In this document: positions 35,738-46,832 of the stretch, piece after piece
Position numbering within the stretch: position 1 is the stretch's first letter
How the letters are laid out: each line of letters begins with the position of its first letter
Assembly: GCA_902768435.1 (NCBI GenBank)
Contig: CACXLJ010000015.1
Span: 4,253 to 68,252 of the forward strand
DNA: 64,000 nucleotides
Direction: 5' to 3'
DNA from: an uncultured Bacteroidales bacterium
Lineage (GTDB): Bacteria > Bacteroidota > Bacteroidia > Bacteroidales > Muribaculaceae
Program-made: the position numbers and the translations under genes
The notes under the pieces: model-generated
Database searches by the model: none
Seen by the model: only the letters and a program-made list of their open reading frames with translations
What the model was told of the DNA's origin: nothing

Positions 35738-37050
35738 TGCAAGACCTCAATTTATCACAACCGCAGGCTATCAGTCTGCTGGAATTCAATGGGCGCATTA
35801 AACGATTGCTGAACGACTCCAGTGTGCTCAACTGCTGGGTGATGGCCGAGACGAGCGATGTGCGCATCAACCGCCACTGCTACCTGGAACTGCTGCAGAA
35901 GAATCCTAACACGGGCGAGACCATAGCCCGCATTCGTGCTGTGATATGGGCAAATACCTTCCAGCGATTGAGCTACAACTTTATGCAGGTTACTGGGCAG
36001 CCGTTCAACAATGGCATGAAGGTGATGGTGCTGGTGAGTGCCAGTTTTCATGAGCAATATGGCATATCGCTGGTTATCAACGATATCAACCCTGAGTTCA
36101 CGCTGGGCGATATGGCCCGCCGCCGCATTGAGATCATTCAGCGGCTCACCAGCGAGGGCATTATCAACATGAACAAGGAACTGGAGTGGCCCGAGGTGCC
36201 GCAGCGCATTGCCGTGATCTCGGCACAGGGAGCGGCAGGCTATGGCGACTTCATGAACCAGCTGCGCAACAATCCCTACGGGCTCAAGTTCTACACTGCG
36301 CTGTTCGGTGCCGTGATGCAGGGACAGCAGACGGTGCCCTCGGTCATCGCCGCACTGGAGAAAATCGGGGCCAACGAGGACCTGTTCGACTGCGTGGTCA
36401 TCATTCGCGGAGGCGGTTCCACGACCGACCTCAACTGGTTTGACGACTACACGCTGGCCGCCAATGTGGCGCAGTTCCCGCTGCCGGTGATTGTGGGCAT
36501 CGGGCATGAGCGCGATGTGACCGTGCTCGACTATGTTGCCGCCGAGCGCGTCAAGACCCCGACAGCCGCCGCCGAGTTGCTGATAGGGAAGGGGAGTGCT
36601 GCGCTGGCGCATCTCACCGAACTCACTAACGATGTTGTGAGCATTGCCCGCAACTACATAAGCCGCTCTTCAGAGCAACTTGCCTACTTGTCGAGCACCA
36701 TTCCCATGGCGGCGCGTCACCTGGCCGAGCGTGCCCGCATGCAACTGCAGCAGTTCATGAGCAACATACCGCTGCATGCCAAGTCGCGCATCGATGCCGA
36801 GCGCGAGAAACTGGGACGCACCGCCGACCGCATCAAGGATGCTGCCGCCCGAGCCATGCTCAAGGAGCAGATGCGGCTCGAGGCCATGAACGACAAGGTG
36901 CAGCTGCTTTCGCCTCGCAACACGCTCAATCGTGGCTACTCGCTCACCTTGTGCAACGGCAAGGCGGTGACCGACGCCAGTCAGCTGAAAGCAGGCGATG
37001 TGATCACATCGCACTTCAAGACGGGTCATGTGCAATCGACCGTAAAATAA
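35737..37050 (+). CDS. xseA: Exodeoxyribonuclease VII large subunit
   Basis: N-terminal OB fold, IAVIS..GAAGYGDF, IIRGGGS, GIGHERD, KTPTAAA, RGYS. Confidence 0.95.
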   Translation: MQDLNLSQPQAISLLEFNGRIKRLLNDSSVLNCWVMAETSDVRINRHCYLELLQKNPNTGETIARIRAVIWANTFQRLSYNFMQVTGQPFNNGMKVMVLVSASFHEQYGISLVINDINPEFTLGDMARRRIEIIQRLTSEGIINMNKELEWPEVPQRIAVISAQGAAGYGDFMNQLRNNPYGLKFYTALFGAVMQGQQTVPSVIAALEKIGANEDLFDCVVIIRGGGSTTDLNWFDDYTLAANVAQFPLPVIVGIGHERDVTVLDYVAAERVKTPTAAAELLIGKGSAALAHLTELTNDVVSIARNYISRSSEQLAYLSSTIPMAARHLAERARMQLQQFMSNIPLHAKSRIDAEREKLGRTADRIKDAAARAMLKEQMRLEAMNDKVQLLSPRNTLNRGYSLTLCNGKAVTDASQLKAGDVITSHFKTGHVQSTVK

Positions 37051-37110
37051 AATCGATAATTCCCATAAAACCCTAAACCCTCCCCCTCAACACTAAACAC
37101 TAAACTCTAT

Positions 37111-37326
37111 ATGGAAGAAGAACTTAAACAGTTGACTTACACGCAGGCAATTGCCGAACTCGAACAAATTGTACAGAAGATGCAGAGCGCCGACTGCACT
37201 ATCGACAACCTGAGCGACTATACCGCACGCTCGCTGCAGCTGCTCAAGGTGTGCAAGAGCAAACTCACCGAAACCGACGAGAAACTCAAGAAGATTCTTG
37301 CCGAACTCGACGAAGAGAAACAGTGA
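37111..37326 (+). CDS. xseB: Exodeoxyribonuclease VII small subunit
   Basis: 'YTQAIAELEQIV...IDNL...LLKVCKSKL'; follows xseA. Confidence 0.93.
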   Translation: MEEELKQLTYTQAIAELEQIVQKMQSADCTIDNLSDYTARSLQLLKVCKSKLTETDEKLKKILAELDEEKQ

Positions 37327-37331
37327 AGCCC

Positions 37332-38288
37332 ATGAAACGACGGACTAAAAGGCTGCTTTGGGCAGTAGTGGCAGTATTTGTGCTGTTGCTTGCCGCTACT
37401 GTTGCAGGGGCATTCTATCTTGTGGATTATGCCCTCACGGCCGACCACTTGAACGAGCAGGAAGCCTACCAGAGCCTCTATGAGCATCATCCCGAACTGC
37501 GCCCGTGGGTCGACAGCCTCAAGCGGGCCGAAGCCCTGCGCGACACCTTTGTAGTCATCGACGGCAACAAGCTGCATGCTACGCTTGTCGCTGCCAAGCA
37601 ACCCACCAACAAGGTGGCGGTACTCATTCATGGCTACAAGAACTCGAATGTGATGATGCTCGACTATGGCCACATTTACTATGAGCAGCTGGGCTACAAC
37701 CTGTTGCTGCCCGACCTGTACGGGCACGGACAGAGCGAGGGCGACCACATCAACATGGGCTGGCTCGACCGCAAAGATGTGATTCAGTGGCTGCGAGTGG
37801 CCGATGCTGCCTTCAAGGGCGACTCCACCGCCACGCAGATGGTGTTGCACGGCGTGTCGATGGGCGCTGCCACGGTGATGGCAATGAGCGGCGAGCAATT
37901 GCCGCCCAGCGTGAAGTGCATCGTGGAAGATTGCGGCTACACCTGCGTCTTCGATCAGTTCAAGCACAACCTGAAGGACGAGTTCGGTCTGCCGTCGTTC
38001 CCCTTGCTCAATGCAGCAAGCCTTGTGTGCCGCATGAAGTATGACTGGGGTTTTGGCGAAGCCTCGATGCTCGAGCAGGTGCGCAAGTGCCGCTTGCCCA
38101 TGCTCTTCATTCACGGTGACAACGACGACTTTGTGCCTACTGCCATGGTCAACGACCTCTATGCGGCTAAACCGCAGCCCAAAGAACTCTATATGGGCAA
38201 AGGCTCGGCCCACGCCTTGACGCTGGGCGACCACCGTGCCGAGTATGCCGCCCGCATTACCGCCTTCTGCAACCGCTACATTCACTAA
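37332..38288 (+). CDS. Alpha/beta hydrolase with N-terminal membrane anchor
   Basis: HGY, GVSMG nucleophile elbow, EDCGY, HGDNDDFVP, AHA. Confidence 0.9.
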   Translation: MKRRTKRLLWAVVAVFVLLLAATVAGAFYLVDYALTADHLNEQEAYQSLYEHHPELRPWVDSLKRAEALRDTFVVIDGNKLHATLVAAKQPTNKVAVLIHGYKNSNVMMLDYGHIYYEQLGYNLLLPDLYGHGQSEGDHINMGWLDRKDVIQWLRVADAAFKGDSTATQMVLHGVSMGAATVMAMSGEQLPPSVKCIVEDCGYTCVFDQFKHNLKDEFGLPSFPLLNAASLVCRMKYDWGFGEASMLEQVRKCRLPMLFIHGDNDDFVPTAMVNDLYAAKPQPKELYMGKGSAHALTLGDHRAEYAARITAFCNRYIH

Positions 38289-38318
38289 AAAATAACTGCT
38301 AAAAAAACTTATCATATC

Positions 38319-39935
38319 ATGAAAAAAGTACTATTGATGGCCGTGGCCGCCCTGATGGCTACAATGGGCATTCAGGCCCGTGACAGTGAACCCAATGCGC
38401 GCATGTCGTGCACCAGCATCATGGTGGGCAAGCGTGCCTCGACCGATGGCTCGGTGATGACTTCGCACACATGCGACTCGTGGTACCGCACCTGGATGCG
38501 CATGGTGCCAGCCCAAGACTATGAGCGCGACACGGTGACCGCCATCTATGAGGGCCGCATGCACACCCAATCGGCACAAGACAGCACCAAGATGTATCGC
38601 CTGGGTGTGATTCCGCAGGCGCGCCACACCTATCGCTACCTCGACACAGCCTATCCGTGCATGAACGAGAAGCAGCTTGCCATGGGTGAGACTACCATTG
38701 GCGGCCGCGACACACTGCGCAACAAGAAGGGCATGTTCTACATCGAGGAACTGGAGCGCATCGCTCTGGAGCGCTGCTCCACTGCCCGCGAGGCCATCAG
38801 GCTCATGGGCCAACTGGTGAAGGACTATGGCTATGGCGACAGCGGCGAGTGCCTTACCATTGCCGACAAGAACGAGGTGTGGATATTTGAGGTGTTCGGC
38901 GAAGGGCCCAAAAAAGCGGGCGGCGTGTGGGCTGCCGTGCGCATCCCCGACGACGAGATTGCCGTGTCGGCCAACATCTCGCGCATCACCACGCTCGACC
39001 TCAACAACCCCGACCGCTACATGGCCTCGGACAATGTGTACGATGTGGCCAAGAAACTGAAACTGTGGGACGGCAAGGAGGAATTCAACTTCTGGCGCGT
39101 GTATAGCGGCGAGAACTATTTTCATGAGAAGAAAAACTATAGCGTGCGCGAGCACTACATCATGAGCCAGCTGGCGCCGTCGCTGAACTTGAGTGACACT
39201 ACCGAGATATTGCCGCTGAGCGTGAAACCCGACTCGCTGGTGAGCCCCGAGCGCGTGATGCAGCTGCTCATGAGCTACTACGAGGGCACCGACAAGAACT
39301 TGAGCGGCCGCAACAAAATTCCCAATCCCAAGCGCAAAGATAAAGATGGAAAACTGGTGGAAAACGAGCCCGACAGCATTGTGTCGCCATTCTCCAACCC
39401 GTGGATGCGTCCCGACGAGATCAATATGTACTATGCCATGGGCGACTCGGTGATGAAGAACATTCGCACCGTGAGCGTGTCGTGGTGCGCCTATAGCACC
39501 GTGATTCAGTGTCGTTCGTGGTTGCCCGACGAAGTGGGTGGCGTGACCTGGATGGCACTCGACAACCCGGGCGAGAGTCCGCGATTCCCCATCTTTGCCG
39601 GCACCACCGAGCTGCCCAAGATGCTGCAGGTGTGCGGACAGCACAGCGAACGCGACGATGCCGCCCTTTGGCACTACCGCAAGGCTAATCGCCTGGCCAC
39701 CGTGCGCTGGGGCACGCACCGCAAGAAACTGGAACCGCTGCGCGACTACTTCATGCACAAGGGGCTGCGCGAACTCCCCTTTGTGCAGGACACCTGGATG
39801 CAGCTCAATGCCGCCAACAAGGACGAGGCGCAACTGATGCTCAACGGCTATGTGGCCGACTTCTTCGGCGCCACCATCGTGCGCTGGGACGAACTGGCCC
39901 GCCACCTCTGGTACGAGACCTGGAAAGGCTTCTAA
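38319..39935 (+). CDS. Peptidase C69 family dipeptidase
   Basis: Signal peptide then CTSIMVGKRASTDGSVM (N-terminal nucleophile Cys); MNEKQLAMGETT. Confidence 0.9.
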   Translation: MKKVLLMAVAALMATMGIQARDSEPNARMSCTSIMVGKRASTDGSVMTSHTCDSWYRTWMRMVPAQDYERDTVTAIYEGRMHTQSAQDSTKMYRLGVIPQARHTYRYLDTAYPCMNEKQLAMGETTIGGRDTLRNKKGMFYIEELERIALERCSTAREAIRLMGQLVKDYGYGDSGECLTIADKNEVWIFEVFGEGPKKAGGVWAAVRIPDDEIAVSANISRITTLDLNNPDRYMASDNVYDVAKKLKLWDGKEEFNFWRVYSGENYFHEKKNYSVREHYIMSQLAPSLNLSDTTEILPLSVKPDSLVSPERVMQLLMSYYEGTDKNLSGRNKIPNPKRKDKDGKLVENEPDSIVSPFSNPWMRPDEINMYYAMGDSVMKNIRTVSVSWCAYSTVIQCRSWLPDEVGGVTWMALDNPGESPRFPIFAGTTELPKMLQVCGQHSERDDAALWHYRKANRLATVRWGTHRKKLEPLRDYFMHKGLRELPFVQDTWMQLNAANKDEAQLMLNGYVADFFGATIVRWDELARHLWYETWKGF

Positions 39936-40052
39936 ACAAGACGCTTTCAAATGCTTTTTCGTTGATAATTTGGTGGGTGCGGTAAAAGTGCTTACCTTTG
40001 CAGGCGTTTTTCAGCAACTTGGGCATTCTAAAGCCCGTTATACAACATCATT

Positions 40053-41897
40053 ATGGCAACATTTCAAGAATTAGGCGTAAGAGAAGATTTACTGCGCGCG
40101 ATAACCGAGTTAGGCTACCAACAGCCCATGCCCATTCAAGAGAAGGTGATACCGCACCTGCTCAACGAGGACACCGATGTGGTGGGCCTTGCCCAGACAG
40201 GAACGGGCAAGACGGCCGCCTTCGGTCTGCCCACGCTGCAGCGCATCAATACTGAGATTCGCGAACCTCAGGCCCTGATTCTTGATCCCACACGCGAGCT
40301 GTGCCTGCAGACCTGCAGCGACCTTACCGCCTACTCAAAGTATATGCCCGATGTGAAGATTCTGCCCGTGTATGGCGGTTCGAACATCGAGACGCAGATG
40401 AAGGCGCTGAAAAAGGGTGTGCAAGTGGTGGTGGCCACACCAGGCCGCCTCATCGACCTGATCAACCGCAAGGCCATCACGCTCAAGTATGTGAACACCG
40501 TGGTGCTTGACGAGGCCGACGAGATGCTGAACATGGGCTTTGTCGACGACATCAACGAGATTCTTGCCTATGTGCCTGGCGACCGCAAGATGCTGCTCTT
40601 CTCGGCCACCATGCCACGCGAAATTGCCGAGATTGCCAAGAACTACATGAACAATCCGCAGGAGTATGTGGTGGGCACGCGCAACGAGAGCAGCGCCAAT
40701 GTGCATCACATCTACTATATGGTGAACGCCAAGCAGAAGTATTTGGCACTCAAGCGCATTGTGGACTACCTGCCGCGGGTTTATGGCATCATCTTTTGCC
40801 GCACCCGTGCCACTGCACAAGAGGTGGCGTCGCAGCTCATCCAGGACGGTTATGATGCCGATGCGCTGCATGGCGATCTCTCGCAGGCACAGCGCGATGC
40901 CGTGATGAAGAAGTTCCGCGAGCGCAACCTGCAGTTGCTCGTCGCCACCGATGTGGCCGCCCGCGGACTCGACGTAGATGACCTCACGCACATCATCAGC
41001 TACAGTCTGCCCGATGACAACGACATCTACAACCACCGTAGCGGCCGCACAGGCCGTGCCGGCAAGTATGGCGTGAGCATCGCCATCATTCACAGCCGCG
41101 AGAAGAGCAAACTCAAACAAATCCAGAAACACATAGGCAAGGAATTTGAGCGCCGCGAAGTGCCCACACCCCAGATGATTATCGAGAAACAGCTCTTCTC
41201 CATGGCGAGCAGCATTGAGAATGTGGAGGTGAACGAAGAGGCCATCGCGAAGTATCTGCCACCCATCCTCAACAAGTTGTCGTGGCTCTCGAGCGAGGAA
41301 TTGGTGAAGCGATTCCTGTCGTACGAGTTCAATCGTCTGTTTGACTACTACAAAAATTCGCCTGAAGTAGAGAATGTGTCAGAACATAAGGAGCGTGCTG
41401 CGCGTGGCAAGAAAGGCGAAGCTCAACAACGACCTGCCGATCAGGACAAGGATCGTCGCGTGGGCGAGGAGGGCTATGAGCGCGTGTATGTGAATGTGGG
41501 CAAAGCCGACGGCTTCTTTGCCCCATCGCTTATCAAGCTCATCAACGAGAACACGCACGGACAGCGCATCGGACTGGGACGCATCGACCTGATGTCGAAC
41601 TACTCACTGTTTGATGTGCGCAAGGGCGAGGCGCACCGGGTGGTGAGTGCGCTGAAGAATGCCGACTTCTACGGCAAGCGCCTCTATCTTGAGATTGCCG
41701 ACCAGCACAAGGATTATGCCACCATGAGCAGTAGCGGCAAACATGCTCGAAATAGTCGTGCGCGCCGCAAGCAGCAGTATGTTGACGAGTATGCGTTCGA
41801 CCGCAAGCGTGGCGGCAAACGAACCCGCCGCGATTCGGAACGCGGTTTCCGCAGTGCCAAGGCCCGCCGTGCCGCCGACAAAAAAGGTCGCAGCTGA
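40053..41897 (+). CDS. DEAD-box RNA helicase with DbpA-type RNA-binding domain
   Basis: AQTGTGKT, LDEADEML, FSAT, ATDVAARGLD, HRSGRTGRAG; C-terminal 'VNVGKADGF'. Confidence 0.95.
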   Translation: MATFQELGVREDLLRAITELGYQQPMPIQEKVIPHLLNEDTDVVGLAQTGTGKTAAFGLPTLQRINTEIREPQALILDPTRELCLQTCSDLTAYSKYMPDVKILPVYGGSNIETQMKALKKGVQVVVATPGRLIDLINRKAITLKYVNTVVLDEADEMLNMGFVDDINEILAYVPGDRKMLLFSATMPREIAEIAKNYMNNPQEYVVGTRNESSANVHHIYYMVNAKQKYLALKRIVDYLPRVYGIIFCRTRATAQEVASQLIQDGYDADALHGDLSQAQRDAVMKKFRERNLQLLVATDVAARGLDVDDLTHIISYSLPDDNDIYNHRSGRTGRAGKYGVSIAIIHSREKSKLKQIQKHIGKEFERREVPTPQMIIEKQLFSMASSIENVEVNEEAIAKYLPPILNKLSWLSSEELVKRFLSYEFNRLFDYYKNSPEVENVSEHKERAARGKKGEAQQRPADQDKDRRVGEEGYERVYVNVGKADGFFAPSLIKLINENTHGQRIGLGRIDLMSNYSLFDVRKGEAHRVVSALKNADFYGKRLYLEIADQHKDYATMSSSGKHARNSRARRKQQYVDEYAFDRKRGGKRTRRDSERGFRSAKARRAADKKGRS

Positions 41898-41938
41898 CCT
41901 TGCAGGGAGTGCTAGAGGCTATAGCCATTCTTAATTTA

Positions 41939-42024
41939 CTAGAAACACCAGAAATGCTAGAAATACTAGAAACGCTAGGTTTTCTAGTCGTGCTAGGCAT
42001 ACTAGGTCTGCTAGTTATGCTGGG
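41939..42024. repeat. Ten-unit 9-bp-period CTAG array
   Basis: Units start at 41939, 41948 ... 42020 with exact 9-bp spacing; 8 of 10 start with CTAG (the others CCAG and CTGG). Confidence 0.85.
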
Positions 42025-42079
42025 TGTAAGAAGGCTCTTGTGAAAGCTTTGTGCATTTTTCGTGGGGAGGTGTGGGTGA

Positions 42080-43753
<1,674 letters not shown>

Positions 43754-43804
43754 CGTAACAACACGCTAACGACTACAATTTGCTAAAACATCTATTTTAA
43801 CGAC

Positions 43805-45928
43805 ATGGATAAAAATACGATTATAGGGATGTTGCTCATGTGCGCCGTGATTTTCGGCTTCATGTACTGCAACCGTCCCTCGCAAGAAGAGATTGCCCGA
43901 CAGCAGGAGGCCGCCAAGCAAGAGCAGCTTGCGCAGCAAAAGCGCAACGCCGAGGCCGGCAGCGAGGCCATGCTTGACTCCATTACAGCCGACGACGTTA
44001 ACAACCTCATGCTCTGCCTCAATGCCGAGGACAATGCCAACCACACGCTGAGCGACAATGACGTGAACCTGAAACTCAACGGCAACGCCATTGACGGCAC
44101 GGTGAAGGTGGGTGACACCATCGTGAGCTACGCCGATCTGGCCGCCGCTAAAATCACCGACGTTGCCCTGCATAACAAGGCAGTGGAAAGCCTACGCACA
44201 TTAGCTAACACACAACTTGACAACGGTGTGTTTGCCTCAAAGATGAAAGGCACCAACAGTGTGGTCACACTTGAGAACGACTCGCTGAAACTGGAAATCT
44301 CGACAAAGGGTGGCATGATTTCACGCGCCACACTCAAGGGCTACACCGCCTACAACGCGCCGCGCGTTGAGGTGTTCTCTCCCGGCGAGAACGAGTACAG
44401 CTTCATTCTCAACACCGACCGCAACCGCTACCAGACCAAGGACTACTACTTCACGCCCAAGCAGCTCAACGACTCTACCGTGGAGATGGACCTGGAGCTA
44501 CCGGGAGGCGCCTTGTTCGGGCTACGCTACACGCTGGCTCGCGGCGGCAACTACATGGTGCGCATGGAAGTGGTTCAGAAGAACATGGACAAGGTGATAG
44601 CCACCAACATCGCCAACCTGGACTTCTACTGGCACCAAAAGATGATGCGCCACGAGGCCGGCAAGATGTTTGAGGAACGCAACAGCACCCTCTACTACAA
44701 GTATCTGAACGATGACGATGTGGAATATCTCACCGAGTCGTCGCGCCAAGAAGAGAGCACCAACAACCGACTGAAGTGGATTTCGACCAAGAATCAATTC
44801 TTCTCGGCCATCCTTATTGCCGACAAGGACTTCAACGGCGCCAAGCTGCTGAGTGTTCCGTTTGAGAAAGAGACTGCCGACTATCAGAAGTATCTCAAGG
44901 ACCTGACGGTGCACTCATCGTTTGACTACAAATCGACGATGCCAAATCCCGTCTCGTTCACCTTCTATCTGGGTCCCAACCGCTACCGCACACTCAGGAA
45001 CTACGAAGACATGCTGGCAGCCTACAAGCTCAACAACGATGCCAACAGCGACCTGAAACTCACCAAGGTGATTCCGCTGGGTTGGAAACTGTTCCGCTGG
45101 ATCAACACCGGCATCATCATCCCGTTGTTCAACTGGCTGGGCTCATTCATTGCCAACTATGGTATCGTGATTCTCATTCTCACGCTCATCATCAAACTGG
45201 TGCTGTGGCCACTGGTGAACAAGAGCTACTCGTCGCAAGCCAAGATGAAGATACTGGCTCCCGACATCAAGGAAATCAACGAGAAATATCCCGGTCAGGA
45301 GAACGCCATCAAGCGACAACAGAAGACGATGGAGCTCTACAAGCTGGCAGGTGCCAACCCCATGGGCGGCTGCTTGCCCATGCTGCTGCAGATGCCTATC
45401 CTGATTGCGGTGTTCACGTTCTTCCCATCGTGCATTGAATTGCGTGGTCAGTCGTTCTTGTGGGCAAACGACCTGTCGGCCCCCGATGCGATTGTGAGTT
45501 GGACCGGCCAGATTCCTTTCATCACCAACTACTTCGGCAACCACATTAGCCTCTTCTGCTTGCTGATGACCTCGACCAACCTCATTTACACTTACCTGAC
45601 GATGCAGTCGCAGTCGTCGAGCAGCATGCCCGGCATGAAGTGGATGATGTATTTGATGCCCATCTTCTTCCTGGTGTTCTTCAACAACTACGCCTCGGGC
45701 TTGAGCTACTACTACTTCATCTCACTGCTCATCACCATCGTGCAGACCTACATTAGCCGTGCCCGCATCAAGGAATCAAGCGTGCGTGCCGTCATGGCCG
45801 AGAACGCCAAGAAACCCAAAAAGAAAGGTGGCTGGGCTGCACGTCTGGAACAGGCACAAAAGCGTCAGCAGGAAATCATTCGCCAGCAGCAGGCCAAGCA
45901 GAACCGTAATGGCAAGGGCCATCGCTAA
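43805..45928 (+). CDS. yidC: Membrane protein insertase YidC
   Basis: MDKNTIIG N-terminal anchor, large periplasmic domain, 'NYGIVILILTLIIKL', 'GGCLPMLLQMP', 'WANDLSAPD'. Confidence 0.96.
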   Translation: MDKNTIIGMLLMCAVIFGFMYCNRPSQEEIARQQEAAKQEQLAQQKRNAEAGSEAMLDSITADDVNNLMLCLNAEDNANHTLSDNDVNLKLNGNAIDGTVKVGDTIVSYADLAAAKITDVALHNKAVESLRTLANTQLDNGVFASKMKGTNSVVTLENDSLKLEISTKGGMISRATLKGYTAYNAPRVEVFSPGENEYSFILNTDRNRYQTKDYYFTPKQLNDSTVEMDLELPGGALFGLRYTLARGGNYMVRMEVVQKNMDKVIATNIANLDFYWHQKMMRHEAGKMFEERNSTLYYKYLNDDDVEYLTESSRQEESTNNRLKWISTKNQFFSAILIADKDFNGAKLLSVPFEKETADYQKYLKDLTVHSSFDYKSTMPNPVSFTFYLGPNRYRTLRNYEDMLAAYKLNNDANSDLKLTKVIPLGWKLFRWINTGIIIPLFNWLGSFIANYGIVILILTLIIKLVLWPLVNKSYSSQAKMKILAPDIKEINEKYPGQENAIKRQQKTMELYKLAGANPMGGCLPMLLQMPILIAVFTFFPSCIELRGQSFLWANDLSAPDAIVSWTGQIPFITNYFGNHISLFCLLMTSTNLIYTYLTMQSQSSSSMPGMKWMMYLMPIFFLVFFNNYASGLSYYYFISLLITIVQTYISRARIKESSVRAVMAENAKKPKKKGGWAARLEQAQKRQQEIIRQQQAKQNRNGKGHR

Positions 45929-46012
45929 TAATGGTGAATTATTCTAAAAACGTGATAAGGCGATGAAACTTTTCTCGCCTTATTGCGTCTAAATATAAAA
46001 CGTTTTTCAGTT

Positions 46013-46654
46013 ATGAGACACCCGGTGGCTACAATCTTATTGGCACTGACGCTTGCGTGGGGACTGAACGCGCAGGCATCGGTCTACACGTGGAGCAAGC
46101 ACAACCTCACCTTTGAAGTGCCCGACGGCGGCATGGTGACCTACAACACCAACACCCGCTTTGAGGTGGCATGGGAGGATATGGTGATGACCATCCAGCT
46201 CTACAGCAAGGATAAAGAGAATAAGAAAGACGTGTACAAGACCTCGCTTGAGAGCCTCGCGATGAGTTATAATATGTACGACACCAAGAGCGGCAAAATC
46301 AAGGTGAAAGGTTTTGACGGCTACACCCTTGAGGGCATCATGCCCGACGGCTCGCGGTGCGTGCTTGCTAACCTGGTGTCGAAACAGAGCGACCTGGTGG
46401 TGCAGATTTCAACCAACTACTACTACGGCAACCGCGAGGAGGTTGATGACATCATCAAGAGTTTTGCCGAGAACGACCAGAAACAGCCTAATCGCGAGAA
46501 GCGCAAGCAAAAAGTACAGTCGAAAGACGATGCCGAGAAACAGGCTCAAAAGAAACTTGAAGAGCAGCGCAAGCGTGAGGCTGAGCTGAAGAAACAGCAG
46601 GAGGAGCGTGAGCGCGAACTGCGTCGCCGCACCGAGAAAATTTATGAGATATAA
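46013..46654 (+). CDS. Exported hypothetical protein with charged coiled-coil tail
   Basis: Signal peptide, 'WSKHNLTFEVPD', K/E/Q/R-rich C-terminus; ATG 46013. Confidence 0.7.
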   Translation: MRHPVATILLALTLAWGLNAQASVYTWSKHNLTFEVPDGGMVTYNTNTRFEVAWEDMVMTIQLYSKDKENKKDVYKTSLESLAMSYNMYDTKSGKIKVKGFDGYTLEGIMPDGSRCVLANLVSKQSDLVVQISTNYYYGNREEVDDIIKSFAENDQKQPNREKRKQKVQSKDDAEKQAQKKLEEQRKREAELKKQQEERERELRRRTEKIYEI

Positions 46655-46720
46655 TCTCTAATTACTTGGAGTTCTCGGAGAACTTGGAACCCACCGCACA
46701 TAAAGGTACCCTATGAAATA

Positions 46721-46755
46721 CCCCCCTTGATGAATGCATCAAGGGGGGCTTTCTT
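46721..46755. terminator. Terminator between convergent genes
   Basis: ccccccttgatg-aatg-catcaagggggg. Confidence 0.8.
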
Positions 46756-46825
46756 TAACTCTCAACTCCTAAACTCTCAACTCCTAAACTCTCAACCCTA
46801 AACTCTCAACTCTAAACTCTCAACT
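46756..46825 (+). repeat. Five tandem 14-15 bp units (AAACTCTCAACTCCT)
   Basis: taactctcaactcct / aaactctcaactcct / aaactctcaaccct / aaactctcaactct / aaactctcaact. Confidence 0.9.
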
Positions 46826-46832
46826 TTGGCAT

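Noticed and set aside
37071-37108. CCCTAAA resembling plant telomere repeat
   Set aside because: Only one or two exact units within degenerate bacterial intergenic 7-mers; coincidental.
46756-46825. Possible CRISPR array
   Set aside because: Units are 14-15 bp and adjacent, with no unique spacers; no cas genes in the window.
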